Shown here piece after piece: positions 22,277 through 30,974 of a stretch of DNA of 64,000 bases. The DNA lies in the NCBI GenBank assembly GCA_041309605.1, contig JBFYZH010000036.1:23568-87567 (forward strand), given 5' to 3'. Every line of letters starts with the position of its first letter. Position 1 is the stretch's first letter. The notes beneath the pieces are model-generated. The model was not told where the DNA came from and did no database searches. It saw only the letters and a program-made list of their open reading frames with translations. Both the position numbers and the translations under genes were made by a program. This DNA is from Candidatus Krumholzibacteriota bacterium (GTDB lineage: Bacteria; Krumholzibacteriota; Krumholzibacteriia; Krumholzibacteriales; Krumholzibacteriaceae).

Positions 22277-23032
22277 ATGAGAAAAAGGATCGTGGCGGGC
22301 AACTGGAAGATGAACCTGGACCACACGGAGGGAGCCTCCCTTGCCGGGGAGATCCTTGCCGGTTTGAAAAACAGGGTTCCTGAGTGCGAACTCGTTGTCA
22401 TGCCGCCGTTTACATCTTTGCATGCCGTTGGCGTGATTCTCAGGGGCTCCCCGGTCGTCACCGGGGCGCAGGATCTCTGGCATGAGGATCAGGGCGCATA
22501 TACAGGCGAGGTCTCAGCGGCGATGATATCGGCCACCGGATGCAGGTACGTGCTGGTCGGGCATTCGGAGCGAAGACACGTGATCGGCGAGGGGCATGAC
22601 CTGCTTTGCAGGAAACTTCGCGCAGCCCTTCGAGGCGGACTCTCTCCCGTTTATTGTGTCGGAGAGGTCATCGAAGACAGGGAGGCAGGCAGGGCGGAGG
22701 AGATCGTTGCGAGGCAGATCAGGGACGTGCTGGGCGGTCTCGAGGCGGGGGAAATGTCGAAGGTGGTCATAGCCTATGAGCCGGTCTGGGCCATCGGCAC
22801 GGGTAAAACCGCCACCTCCGGCGATGCTTCAGGCATGCATGGCTTTATCAGGGATGTATTGTCGGAGATCTTCACTCCCCCGGTGGCCGCCGATACGAGC
22901 ATACTCTATGGGGGCAGCGTGAAACCGGAAAACGCCCGTGCCCTGCTCTCCGCCGCTGATATAGACGGCGCACTTGTCGGAGGAGCTTCACTGAAGGCCG
23001 ATTCGTTTCTGGGGATAGCGTTCCCGGCCTGA
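22277..23032 (+). CDS. tpiA: Triosephosphate isomerase
   Basis: ATG at 22277 (MRKRIVAGNWKMN). Motifs AYEPVWAIGTGKTA and GGASLK. The tracked ORF start at 22094 is an upstream extension overlapping pgk. Confidence 0.9.
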   Translation: MRKRIVAGNWKMNLDHTEGASLAGEILAGLKNRVPECELVVMPPFTSLHAVGVILRGSPVVTGAQDLWHEDQGAYTGEVSAAMISATGCRYVLVGHSERRHVIGEGHDLLCRKLRAALRGGLSPVYCVGEVIEDREAGRAEEIVARQIRDVLGGLEAGEMSKVVIAYEPVWAIGTGKTATSGDASGMHGFIRDVLSEIFTPPVAADTSILYGGSVKPENARALLSAADIDGALVGGASLKADSFLGIAFPA

Positions 23033-23107
23033 TATGAATAATTTCATTTGACTGGCAGCGATTTTTTCATTAAACTACTTCTTTGCAGTTTATAAGGCTG
23101 GTGAAAA

Positions 23108-23521
23108 ATGCTGTTCAATCTGGTAGTGATAGTACATCTGATAGTTTGTTTTCTGCTCATACTGGTTGTGCTGATGCAGTCGAGCAAGGGCGGAGGCCTT
23201 TCAGGCGCTTTCGGGGGCGGAGGCGGACAGGCCATCATGGGAGGCCGCGAAACTGCCTCCTTCCTGAGCAAGGCCACAACTTACCTGGCCATCGTATTCA
23301 TGATAACCTCTCTTTCGCTGGCTTTTCTTTCGGCGAGCGGAAGCGAGGGTGCGGGTGAAAGCGCGTTGAAAAGAGCCGCAAAGAGGGAACATTGGGGCGG
23401 AATCGTTCCAGAAGAACAGAAGAATATCGACGATGTGCTGGGAGATATCCCGGAACCTGCAACGGATGCGCAGGAAAACGGGACTGCGGATCAGGAACCC
23501 GTGAAACAGGACAAAGAGTAA
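23108..23521 (+). CDS. secG: Preprotein translocase subunit SecG (with extended acidic C-terminal tail)
   Basis: Two TM helices separated by a Gly-rich loop (SSKGGGLSGAFGGGGGQAIMGG), which is diagnostic of SecG. At 137 aa it is longer than usual because of a charged C-terminal extension. Confidence 0.8.
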   Translation: MLFNLVVIVHLIVCFLLILVVLMQSSKGGGLSGAFGGGGGQAIMGGRETASFLSKATTYLAIVFMITSLSLAFLSASGSEGAGESALKRAAKREHWGGIVPEEQKNIDDVLGDIPEPATDAQENGTADQEPVKQDKE

Positions 23522-23528
23522 TAGATTT

Positions 23529-23612
23529 GCCGAGGTGGTGAAACTGGTAGACACGCTACTTTGAGGGGGTAGTGGGCGAAAGCCTGTGCGGGTTCAAGTC
23601 CCGCCCTCGGCA
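23529..23612 (+). tRNA. tRNA-Leu (anticodon GAG)
   Basis: Hand-folded cloverleaf: acceptor GCCGAGG/CCTCGGC, anticodon stem ctact/ggtag with loop tTGAGgg, long variable arm, T-arm gcggg-TTCAAGT-cccgc, discriminator A. CCA is not encoded. Confidence 0.85.
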
Positions 23613-23618
23613 TTTTAA

Positions 23619-23642
23619 TAAGCCTGAAAGGCTTATTTTTTT
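23619..23642 (+). terminator. Rho-independent terminator after tRNA-Leu
   Basis: Stem taagcc/ggctta with loop tgaaa, followed by a T7 run. Confidence 0.7.
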
Positions 23643-23749
23643 ATGGAACAGGATGTACGCCCCCTGTATTACTCCGGGATGGCGGAAATGTCCCGGGGAT
23701 CTTTGTAAATAAGTCTTTACATGATCGGAAGGTTTCATTACTCTCGGCT

Positions 23750-24283
23750 TTGCCCCGAACCGATGGAGGACCGAAAGTCTTGGGATTGGATCTTTACATA
23801 GAGAAACATCTTGTGGCGCTTGTGACGGCATCCGTCATACTCGCTGTCCTGGCGGCCGGCACCGTTCTCTTTCTTCTGATCGAGATACGCAGGATAAAAA
23901 AGCCTTTCAGTGACATGGCCGATCTTCACAAGGAAATAGGTACCGAAGAGTCTCTCAAAATGCTGCTTCAGGGAGTGGATGAGAACAGGGAATATATCCG
24001 GGGCCATTCCGCGCAACTGCAGTCGATCATTGAAAGACTGGCCCGGTGCTACAGCGGTACGGGGATAGTGAAGTTCAACGCTTTCGAGGATATCGGCGGG
24101 ATGCAGAGTTATTCTTTATGCCTTCTGACGAAGGAGAAAAACGGCATCATCATGACCAATCTGGTGGGCCGTAATTCGACAAGGGGATATGCGCTCGAGG
24201 TCAAGGATGGAACCCCCTCGCGAAACCTCAGCGACGAGGAGAAGAAAGCGCTCGCCGACGCCGTAACATCGATTATCAACTGA
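23750..24283 (+). CDS. DUF4446-like small membrane-anchored protein
   Basis: 177 aa with an N-terminal TM helix, then a region containing VKFNAFEDIGGMQSYSLCLL...GRNSTRGYA that resembles the DUF4446 family. Family assignment from memory only; start uncertain. Confidence 0.4.
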   Translation: MPRTDGGPKVLGLDLYIEKHLVALVTASVILAVLAAGTVLFLLIEIRRIKKPFSDMADLHKEIGTEESLKMLLQGVDENREYIRGHSAQLQSIIERLARCYSGTGIVKFNAFEDIGGMQSYSLCLLTKEKNGIIMTNLVGRNSTRGYALEVKDGTPSRNLSDEEKKALADAVTSIIN

Positions 24284-24372
24284 TCTTTACATGCTCTGAG
24301 CGAAACGGCGGCAGTTACTCATCCTGCGCCGGCAGCGTGGAGACGGGAAGCCCGCGGATCGGTTCTGCGCCG

Positions 24373-25164
24373 TCAGTCCTTGTTTCTGTCTTCGGAATAT
24401 TTTTCGAGGATCCGCTTCTCCGTCTCGGAGAGGTTTTCGTACCCCTTTTCAGAGATCTTGTCGAGGATGGAATCTACACGGCCCTTTTCCCCCCTGCCCC
24501 CGCCGCTTTTGAATCTGATCCTGGAGGGCAATCTTCTGAAGAATCCGGACAGAGCGTCGAAAAGCCTTCCGCTTCGTGGATCCGCCTTGAGAACGACAAG
24601 GCCGGCGGCCATTCCCCCAAGGTGGGCGAAGTGGGCGATGCCGTCCGTGCCGGTCAGGCCTGACAGGAATTCAACCCCTCCGAGCACTATGACCAGGGTC
24701 CTGGCGCGCACGGGTATGATCCCCCAGATATAGATCTGGTTGTAGGGAAATAGAACGCCATAGGCGAGAAGGATCCCGTACCCCGCGCCTGAAGCTCCGA
24801 TGACGGGGACATTATAGGAGAAGATGAAACTGAAAACAGCTCCGCCGAGTCCGCATATAAGGTAATACTGAAGAAAACGCCTGCCGCCCCAGATCTGTTC
24901 GAGAGTGGAGCCGAACATCCAGATTATGAGCATGTTGAAGAAGAGGTGGAAAATGCCTCCGTGCAGGAACATGTAAGTCCCGATCTGCCAGATGAACCCT
25001 CTCTCTACGACGAGTTTCGGATACAGCGCGAAAAAGGCCTGAAAAGGCGTACGTGTAAGAAGCATCTGGAGTAAAAAGACGAGCACGTTGATGATCACGA
25101 TCGTCGTCACGACGCTGCTGCTCAATAAATCGGAAAAATTACTTTTTCTATAGTAGTTCTGCAT
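24373..25164 (-). CDS. Rhomboid family intramembrane serine protease
   Basis: Motifs GASGAGYGILLAYG and HLGGMAAGLVVL across 6 TM segments. Start set at MQNYY, which is preceded by GGAGAT; the longer tracked ORF extends to 25230. Charged C-terminal tail. Confidence 0.7.
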   Translation of the reverse strand: MQNYYRKSNFSDLLSSSVVTTIVIINVLVFLLQMLLTRTPFQAFFALYPKLVVERGFIWQIGTYMFLHGGIFHLFFNMLIIWMFGSTLEQIWGGRRFLQYYLICGLGGAVFSFIFSYNVPVIGASGAGYGILLAYGVLFPYNQIYIWGIIPVRARTLVIVLGGVEFLSGLTGTDGIAHFAHLGGMAAGLVVLKADPRSGRLFDALSGFFRRLPSRIRFKSGGGRGEKGRVDSILDKISEKGYENLSETEKRILEKYSEDRNKD

Positions 25165-25431
25165 TTGGATCTCCGTTTCCGGCCCGTTCCGGCCTTTGAG
25201 CATGATAATGCAAAAGCGCTCCGCAGGCAAGCCCTTACAGATGCACGATCACCCCCGTCGGCAGCAGGCGAGAATCGGGGCGGACGACGCATTTTGCGGC
25301 GTCATGCCGGGGGCCTTCCGGCATGTGAGAGCGCTCGCCCCGTGTCGCGCAAACCGGGTGGTTTTCCGCTCGACTTTGTTCCGATCGTTATGCTACCCTT
25401 ATATACGACAGGTTTTAAGGAGAGGTGAAAA

Positions 25432-26322
25432 GTGACAAGAATCTGCCTTCTTTTGTTATGCGCCATGCTCATATCGGCGGGCGGGGTTAACGCTGTTATT
25501 ATCGAAGTGAATCCGGATGGTTCAGGGGATGCGACGACTATCCAGGGCGGAATAGATCTTGCCGTTTCCGGTGACAGGGTCTATATCGTAGCCGGCACAT
25601 ATTATGAATCGGGAATAACGGTGGATGGAAAAAATATTTATCTCACATTTGCGAGCGGTTCGGCGCCTCTTATCAAATCACCCGTGGAAGGTTCGGGAAC
25701 GGCGCTGATACTGAAAAATGTCACTTCGGCTTTTATGCTTTTTTTCGTGAATATCGAATCGTTCGGGACGGGCATTTCGATCGAGGGGGGTTCCCCATTG
25801 ATAACCGATTGTTATTTAAAGGATAACGCCACGGGAATAATCGTTTCCGGCGCATCGTCCAATCCCAGTCTCACAAATAACATCATAGAGAACTTTACGA
25901 CAGCCGTCGATGTCGCGGGGGGCACAGTCTCGCTGCGCAACCACACGATTGTGGAGGGTATCACCGGGATAAATGTATCGGGGGGGGCTGTGAACGCCTT
26001 TCACAACATTATTTACAGGTGCGTAACCGGTGCGCAGTGTTCGGGCGGTTCTCTTAATCTGTCGTGCGACGATTTCTGGGAGAATACGGTGAACTACAGC
26101 GGGTGCGGCCCCGGAACGGGCGATTTCTTCGAAATGCCCCGTTTCTGCTACGGAGCCTCCAGCCAGCCGGGGCTCTATTATCTTCATGTCGACTCTCCCT
26201 GCTGGGCCGAAAACAATCCATGTGGAGTGGATATCGGAGCCTTGACGCTCATAGCCGGCTGCAGCGGTACCGCGACCAGGGATGCATCCTGGGGGCGGAT
26301 AAAACGGATTTACGCCGAGTAG
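25432..26322 (+). CDS. Secreted right-handed parallel beta-helix repeat protein
   Basis: GTG start with RBS AAGGAGAGG. Signal peptide, then repeated ~22-aa units rich in G/N/T/I/V (pectate-lyase-like fold). Cys-rich C-terminus. Confidence 0.5.
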   Translation: MTRICLLLLCAMLISAGGVNAVIIEVNPDGSGDATTIQGGIDLAVSGDRVYIVAGTYYESGITVDGKNIYLTFASGSAPLIKSPVEGSGTALILKNVTSAFMLFFVNIESFGTGISIEGGSPLITDCYLKDNATGIIVSGASSNPSLTNNIIENFTTAVDVAGGTVSLRNHTIVEGITGINVSGGAVNAFHNIIYRCVTGAQCSGGSLNLSCDDFWENTVNYSGCGPGTGDFFEMPRFCYGASSQPGLYYLHVDSPCWAENNPCGVDIGALTLIAGCSGTATRDASWGRIKRIYAE

Positions 26323-26365
26323 GATTCCATTCAGGCGGTTTTCCTGATCTGACAGGGGGAGAATA

Positions 26366-28078
26366 GTGAACAGACGGACCGTTGTCTATGCTCTGCTGAT
26401 TCTGGCGTATGCCGGGCCGGTGACGCCGGCCGGGAAAGAAGGCCTCGCCGGTGCCCGGGAGGGGAAAGGAACCGGAGTGGAAGCGCTCTATTTTAACGGC
26501 AGGGTAATCACGATGGACCGGCTCAAACCGGTCGCGGAGGCTCTGGCCGTAAGCGGGGGGAGGATCGCGGGAGTCGGTTCCACCGAAGAGATGACGCTCC
26601 TTGTCTCGCCGCAGACGAAAAAATACGATCTCAAGGGCAGGACGGTCATCCCCGGGCTTGTAGACGCCCACGCTCATTTTTCCGGATATGCAATGAGCCT
26701 TATGACGCTCGACATTACCGGTACCGGCTCGTTCGACGAGATAGCCGAAATTGTCGGGGCGAAGGTGTCCGTCACCCCCGGAGGGGAATGGATCCAGGGC
26801 AGGGGATGGGACCAGAACGACTGGATATCGAAGGAATTTCCGGACAAAACCGATCTCGACGGTATAAGCCCGGACAATCCCGTACTGCTCGTCAGGGTCT
26901 GCGGACATGCCGCTCTGGCCAATTCCGCGGCCCTCGAACTTGCCGGGATCGATAAGGCCACGAGCGATCCCGAAGGAGGAAGGATAGAACGTGACGATTC
27001 GGGAACCCCTACGGGTCTGCTCCTGGACGAAGCGATTTCCATTGTGAAAAAGGTCATCCCGCCCGTCCCGAGGGAGGAAAAGAAACGTCTGATGGCGGAA
27101 GCGGCCCGAAGATGTCTGGCCGTGGGGCTTACCGGCATCCACGAAATGGGGATCGGCAGCGAGACGGCCTCGATTTACCGGGAGATGTACGAGGAAGGAT
27201 CCTTACCGCTGAGGCTGACGGTCTATTATAATTATGATGAAAAGGATATCGACAGCCTTCTCGACGCAGGCCTGTCCGGCGGTTTCGCGGACGATCGCTA
27301 CGCGGTCGCGGGGGTGAAGTTCTTCACCGACGGCTCGCTCGGCGCAAGAAGCGCCGCCCTGCTTGACGGCTATTCGGACGAGCCGGACAACAGGGGCCTT
27401 TTGATGATGGAACCTGAAGAACTATTCGGGCGGATTCTGGCCGTGCACGACAGGGGTTTTCAGATAGCCGCCCACGCCATCGGGGACAGGGCCAACAGGA
27501 CGATTCTCGATATCTTCGAAAGGGTGCTCGCAATCTCCCCCCGAGACGATGCCAGGCACAGGGTGGAGCACGCCCAGGTAATCTCCCGGAGTGATGTCGG
27601 CAGGTTCGCCCGGCTCGCGGTCATACCGTCGATGCAGTTCATCCATTGCACTTCTGATATGCTCTGGGCGCCGGACAGGCTTGGGAAGGAACGCCTCGAG
27701 GGGGCTTATGCATGGAGATCCCTTCTGGCGACAGGTTGCAGGATTCCGGGAGGTTCGGATTTTCCCGTCGAATCGATCGATCCATTCCGCGGTATACATG
27801 CCGCGGTCACGAGGATGGACGGCAGCGGCGAACCGGCGGGCGGATGGTTCCCGGAACAAAGGCTGACCGTCGAGGAGGCTCTGCGTTCTTTTACCATAGA
27901 CGCCGCGTGGGCGGTCCACCAGGAAGGATCGAGAGGATCCATTGAAGCGGGAAAACTGGCCGATTTTATCGTGATATCCGAAGATATCACGGCAATCGAT
28001 CCGGCTCGGATTCTGCAGATTGAAGTTCTTGCCACGGTTCTCGGGCAGGAAATCGTGTACCGGGCCGGGGAGTTTTAA
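26366..28078 (+). CDS. Amidohydrolase family protein (Amidohydro_3), secreted/periplasmic
   Basis: Signal peptide, metal-binding motif GLVDAHAHF, and conserved downstream H and D residues. 570 aa. Confidence 0.75.
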   Translation: MNRRTVVYALLILAYAGPVTPAGKEGLAGAREGKGTGVEALYFNGRVITMDRLKPVAEALAVSGGRIAGVGSTEEMTLLVSPQTKKYDLKGRTVIPGLVDAHAHFSGYAMSLMTLDITGTGSFDEIAEIVGAKVSVTPGGEWIQGRGWDQNDWISKEFPDKTDLDGISPDNPVLLVRVCGHAALANSAALELAGIDKATSDPEGGRIERDDSGTPTGLLLDEAISIVKKVIPPVPREEKKRLMAEAARRCLAVGLTGIHEMGIGSETASIYREMYEEGSLPLRLTVYYNYDEKDIDSLLDAGLSGGFADDRYAVAGVKFFTDGSLGARSAALLDGYSDEPDNRGLLMMEPEELFGRILAVHDRGFQIAAHAIGDRANRTILDIFERVLAISPRDDARHRVEHAQVISRSDVGRFARLAVIPSMQFIHCTSDMLWAPDRLGKERLEGAYAWRSLLATGCRIPGGSDFPVESIDPFRGIHAAVTRMDGSGEPAGGWFPEQRLTVEEALRSFTIDAAWAVHQEGSRGSIEAGKLADFIVISEDITAIDPARILQIEVLATVLGQEIVYRAGEF

Positions 28079-28088
28079 GACCTCGTGC

Positions 28089-29084
28089 TCATCTGATCTG
28101 CCTTACCGTAACATTCCCGTCCTCGGTGCGGATACGTATGTTCCCCTTGCCGTCGAGAAGTTTGCCCGATAACCAGTGCTTTCCCTTCTGGATGTTACCG
28201 GCGGACGGCAGATCGGTGCGGATCATGCCCTCGTCGGCATCTATCGTGAAAACCGCGCTTACGCCCTCTTCGAGCCTGACTTCGACGTCACCGTCCAATG
28301 TTCTTATATCCATATCGATCGCGGAAGTGTTGATCAGTTCTATATCGACGTCACCGTCTTCGGCCAGAATATCGATACTTCCCGCCTTCACCCTGTAAAG
28401 GTCTATATTTCCGTCGGATATCTCGATATCGAAATCGCCCTCCGAATCGCGGACGCTGACGATCCCGTCCTCGTTTCGTACGACGCATCCGGGCATCCTG
28501 CTTCCCAGGATATTCAGCGAGCCGTCTTCGACGGTAATGTCGAGGTTTCCTTCGTGGTTTTCGACGTCTACGTCCCCGTCCTCGCTTCTAATCTTTGTAA
28601 CGGCCACGCGGGAGTCGGTGAGCGTGATGTCGCCGTCGCTCATGTCCATCTCGATATTGCCTTTCCATTCGTCGATGTCCACGCTCCCGTCTTCACCGGT
28701 CAAATCGAGTGCGATATAATCCGGCGCGTGGACGGTGTACGTGTATTCCTTCACGTTGAATATCTGGAATCCTATCGCGGTCGAGCTTTTTTCGCGTCCG
28801 GTCACTTCAACGATGTTATTTTTCTGTTCGAATTCGACATTGAAATCGCGCTTTCCGGAGCCGATCGACTTGTACTCGGCCAGATAATGGATTTCGATGT
28901 CGATCATCTCCTTGTCCCATTTCCTGATCGTCACTTCCCCGTCTCCATGCTTCAGGCGCAGCGTGCAGCCGTTTTCGACCTTGAAACTCTCGTGGAAGTC
29001 CTTCTTGATCTCCATGCAACGGGCCGGCTCGGCGGACGCTGTTGCCGCCATTATCAATAACGGTAAAAAAATTTTCCCCTTCAT
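28089..29084 (-). CDS. DUF4097-like repeat protein (putative adhesin / beta-strand repeat)
   Basis: Signal peptide, then many tandem degenerate repeats of the form G(D/N)(I/V)D(I/V)... Highly acidic. Confidence 0.5.
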   Translation of the reverse strand: MKGKIFLPLLIMAATASAEPARCMEIKKDFHESFKVENGCTLRLKHGDGEVTIRKWDKEMIDIEIHYLAEYKSIGSGKRDFNVEFEQKNNIVEVTGREKSSTAIGFQIFNVKEYTYTVHAPDYIALDLTGEDGSVDIDEWKGNIEMDMSDGDITLTDSRVAVTKIRSEDGDVDVENHEGNLDITVEDGSLNILGSRMPGCVVRNEDGIVSVRDSEGDFDIEISDGNIDLYRVKAGSIDILAEDGDVDIELINTSAIDMDIRTLDGDVEVRLEEGVSAVFTIDADEGMIRTDLPSAGNIQKGKHWLSGKLLDGKGNIRIRTEDGNVTVRQIR

Positions 29085-29132
29085 ATATTACCTCCGTATA
29101 TACCGGAATACGTTATGCCGGAGAAGATTGTT

Positions 29133-30794
29133 TCACTTCTCCATCCTTCGGCCTACCATGGGAAGGGGGAGCGCGGCTTCCTCGAGCATCAGCCCCCGGA
29201 TCCTTGTCCGTGGCTGCCTTTCGCCCCTTACGTTGGACGCGTCCCTTAACATCTGTTCGATCAGGATGACGGCGATCCCGGGATATGCGGCTGAAGGCGA
29301 GGCGGCTGCGACCGATACTTTTGCCGCCGCGTCCCCCCTGTCGATGCCGAGAGTGGCGACCAGGTATTCGACGGCCGAATCGATGGTGAGTCTGCCGGAA
29401 TGAAGACCGAACACCGTCACCATCATCGCCATGTCGCGGGATGTATCCTCGAGCAGCTTTTTACGCAGCGACATGCCCGGGTCGGGAAAAAGCTGGCATA
29501 GATCCTTCATGACGAGATATTTCCAGCCAAGTGTGAAAAGCTCGGAGGCCAGCAGGGTCCTTAGCGTGTCGCCGCGGCCGCAAAGCGCCCGGTCAGGTTC
29601 GGATACGCAGGCCGAGACCCCGATCAGGCGGTAGACGAAACCCTCCGGATCGGTCCTCTCTTCCTGCGGAGGCACGACGATCACTGTGCCGCATGGATTG
29701 CCCGCGAACGATGTGGTCGATATCGAGAGGATCGTTGCAGGCTCGCCGGCCGGTACTGAAAGGTACGGATTCGGGGAGAGAATCCTTTGAAGGGGGAGGA
29801 TCGCTTTTATGACGACCGGAAGGAATGCTTCTTTTTCCGATACAAAGATCCGTTCCGAGGATGCGATCCGGCCGATACTGTCGACGAGAGCCTGCGCGCC
29901 GGGATTTTCCGCTTTCCCCGCGTTTTTCGCCACAAACGAACGGTTACGCCCGATGGAAGCGATCTGGGACATGTTTTTCCTTATCGATTGGTCGGCCTCG
30001 GCCGTGAACTTGTCCAGGTCGAGATCGAGGTGCTCGGAAAAAAGAAGGATGTCCGAAATCTTCTCCGTGCCGAGGATGAAACTTCCGGGTGTCGACGATA
30101 CGGATTGATCCCGTAAAAAATCCCTGAATCGCTCCACGCCGGCTATCGCCCCGTCGAATGAGGAGGGGGCGCTCCCGTATCGTTGCGTCAGGTTTCCCCG
30201 AAGGTATCGGGTGTTTTCAAGTATCGAGCCGATCCTTTCCGTGGACAGGCCCAGGTGAATCTGTGCCGGATTCTCAAGGTTGACCTCGGCGTTTTCAAGC
30301 AGTCGCGGCAGCAGGCTGAGGCGGCGCTCGTACGACCTGAACTCTCCGGTAACGGGTGCTTCGATCCTTGAAGGTATGCCGAAAAGGGCCTCCTCGATCA
30401 TCCAGCAGTAGAGCAGCGGGTTCGTTTTCCATGCGCGGAGTTCCCGCAGCGCGAAGAGTTCTCCCCTGAGCCAGTCGATCAGGATCGCCGAATCCTCGGT
30501 GTCCCTTGAGTCGAAATGCGCGGCGGGAAGGGTCGACATTCTCGCCAGAAGAGAATCGCATCCGGCGCAACAGGAGGCTATCTCTTTTTCGGAGAAGGTG
30601 AAAAGCAGGGAATCCGAGCCGGATATTCCCAGTCTCGAACTCCTGAGTGGATGAAGCCCCGTGTACAATTTCAGCGATTCCCCGACGATCGACCTGTAGG
30701 CGCGCCTGCTCTCAATGGAGGCATCGCGCCCCCCGCAGCCGCCCGTCACGATCGAAATAAAAAAAACCGCAAGCAGCGCCGCGCGTCGCGTCAT
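29133..30794 (-). CDS. Hypothetical lipoprotein (possibly DUF885-like)
   Basis: The long ORF runs to 30929. Start placed at MTRRAALLAVFFISIVTGGC (lipobox VTGGC). Family assignment uncertain. Confidence 0.45.
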   Translation of the reverse strand: MTRRAALLAVFFISIVTGGCGGRDASIESRRAYRSIVGESLKLYTGLHPLRSSRLGISGSDSLLFTFSEKEIASCCAGCDSLLARMSTLPAAHFDSRDTEDSAILIDWLRGELFALRELRAWKTNPLLYCWMIEEALFGIPSRIEAPVTGEFRSYERRLSLLPRLLENAEVNLENPAQIHLGLSTERIGSILENTRYLRGNLTQRYGSAPSSFDGAIAGVERFRDFLRDQSVSSTPGSFILGTEKISDILLFSEHLDLDLDKFTAEADQSIRKNMSQIASIGRNRSFVAKNAGKAENPGAQALVDSIGRIASSERIFVSEKEAFLPVVIKAILPLQRILSPNPYLSVPAGEPATILSISTTSFAGNPCGTVIVVPPQEERTDPEGFVYRLIGVSACVSEPDRALCGRGDTLRTLLASELFTLGWKYLVMKDLCQLFPDPGMSLRKKLLEDTSRDMAMMVTVFGLHSGRLTIDSAVEYLVATLGIDRGDAAAKVSVAAASPSAAYPGIAVILIEQMLRDASNVRGERQPRTRIRGLMLEEAALPLPMVGRRMEK

Positions 30795-30974
30795 AGCCGC
30801 GGTCGTCGTGCGCCCCGCCCGCCCCTTTACGCTCTCGCTCTTTGCCGATCCGGTCTTCATATACATTGTATATAAATGGTTCCGGGCCGATATGTAAATA
30901 TTTTTCCTTGATGCGGTTCTTCTTGTCATCGCCGCGCCGGACAGGTTAAGATTCCACCCATCGGGGAGGTCGAC

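Noticed and set aside
21643-22461. 272-aa minus-strand ORF
   Set aside because: Antisense to pgk/tpiA.
26249-27142. 297-aa minus-strand ORF
   Set aside because: Antisense to the amidohydrolase gene.
28176-29060. 294-aa plus-strand ORF
   Set aside because: Antisense to the DUF4097-like repeat protein. The minus-strand product has a signal peptide and coherent repeats; the plus-strand product does not.
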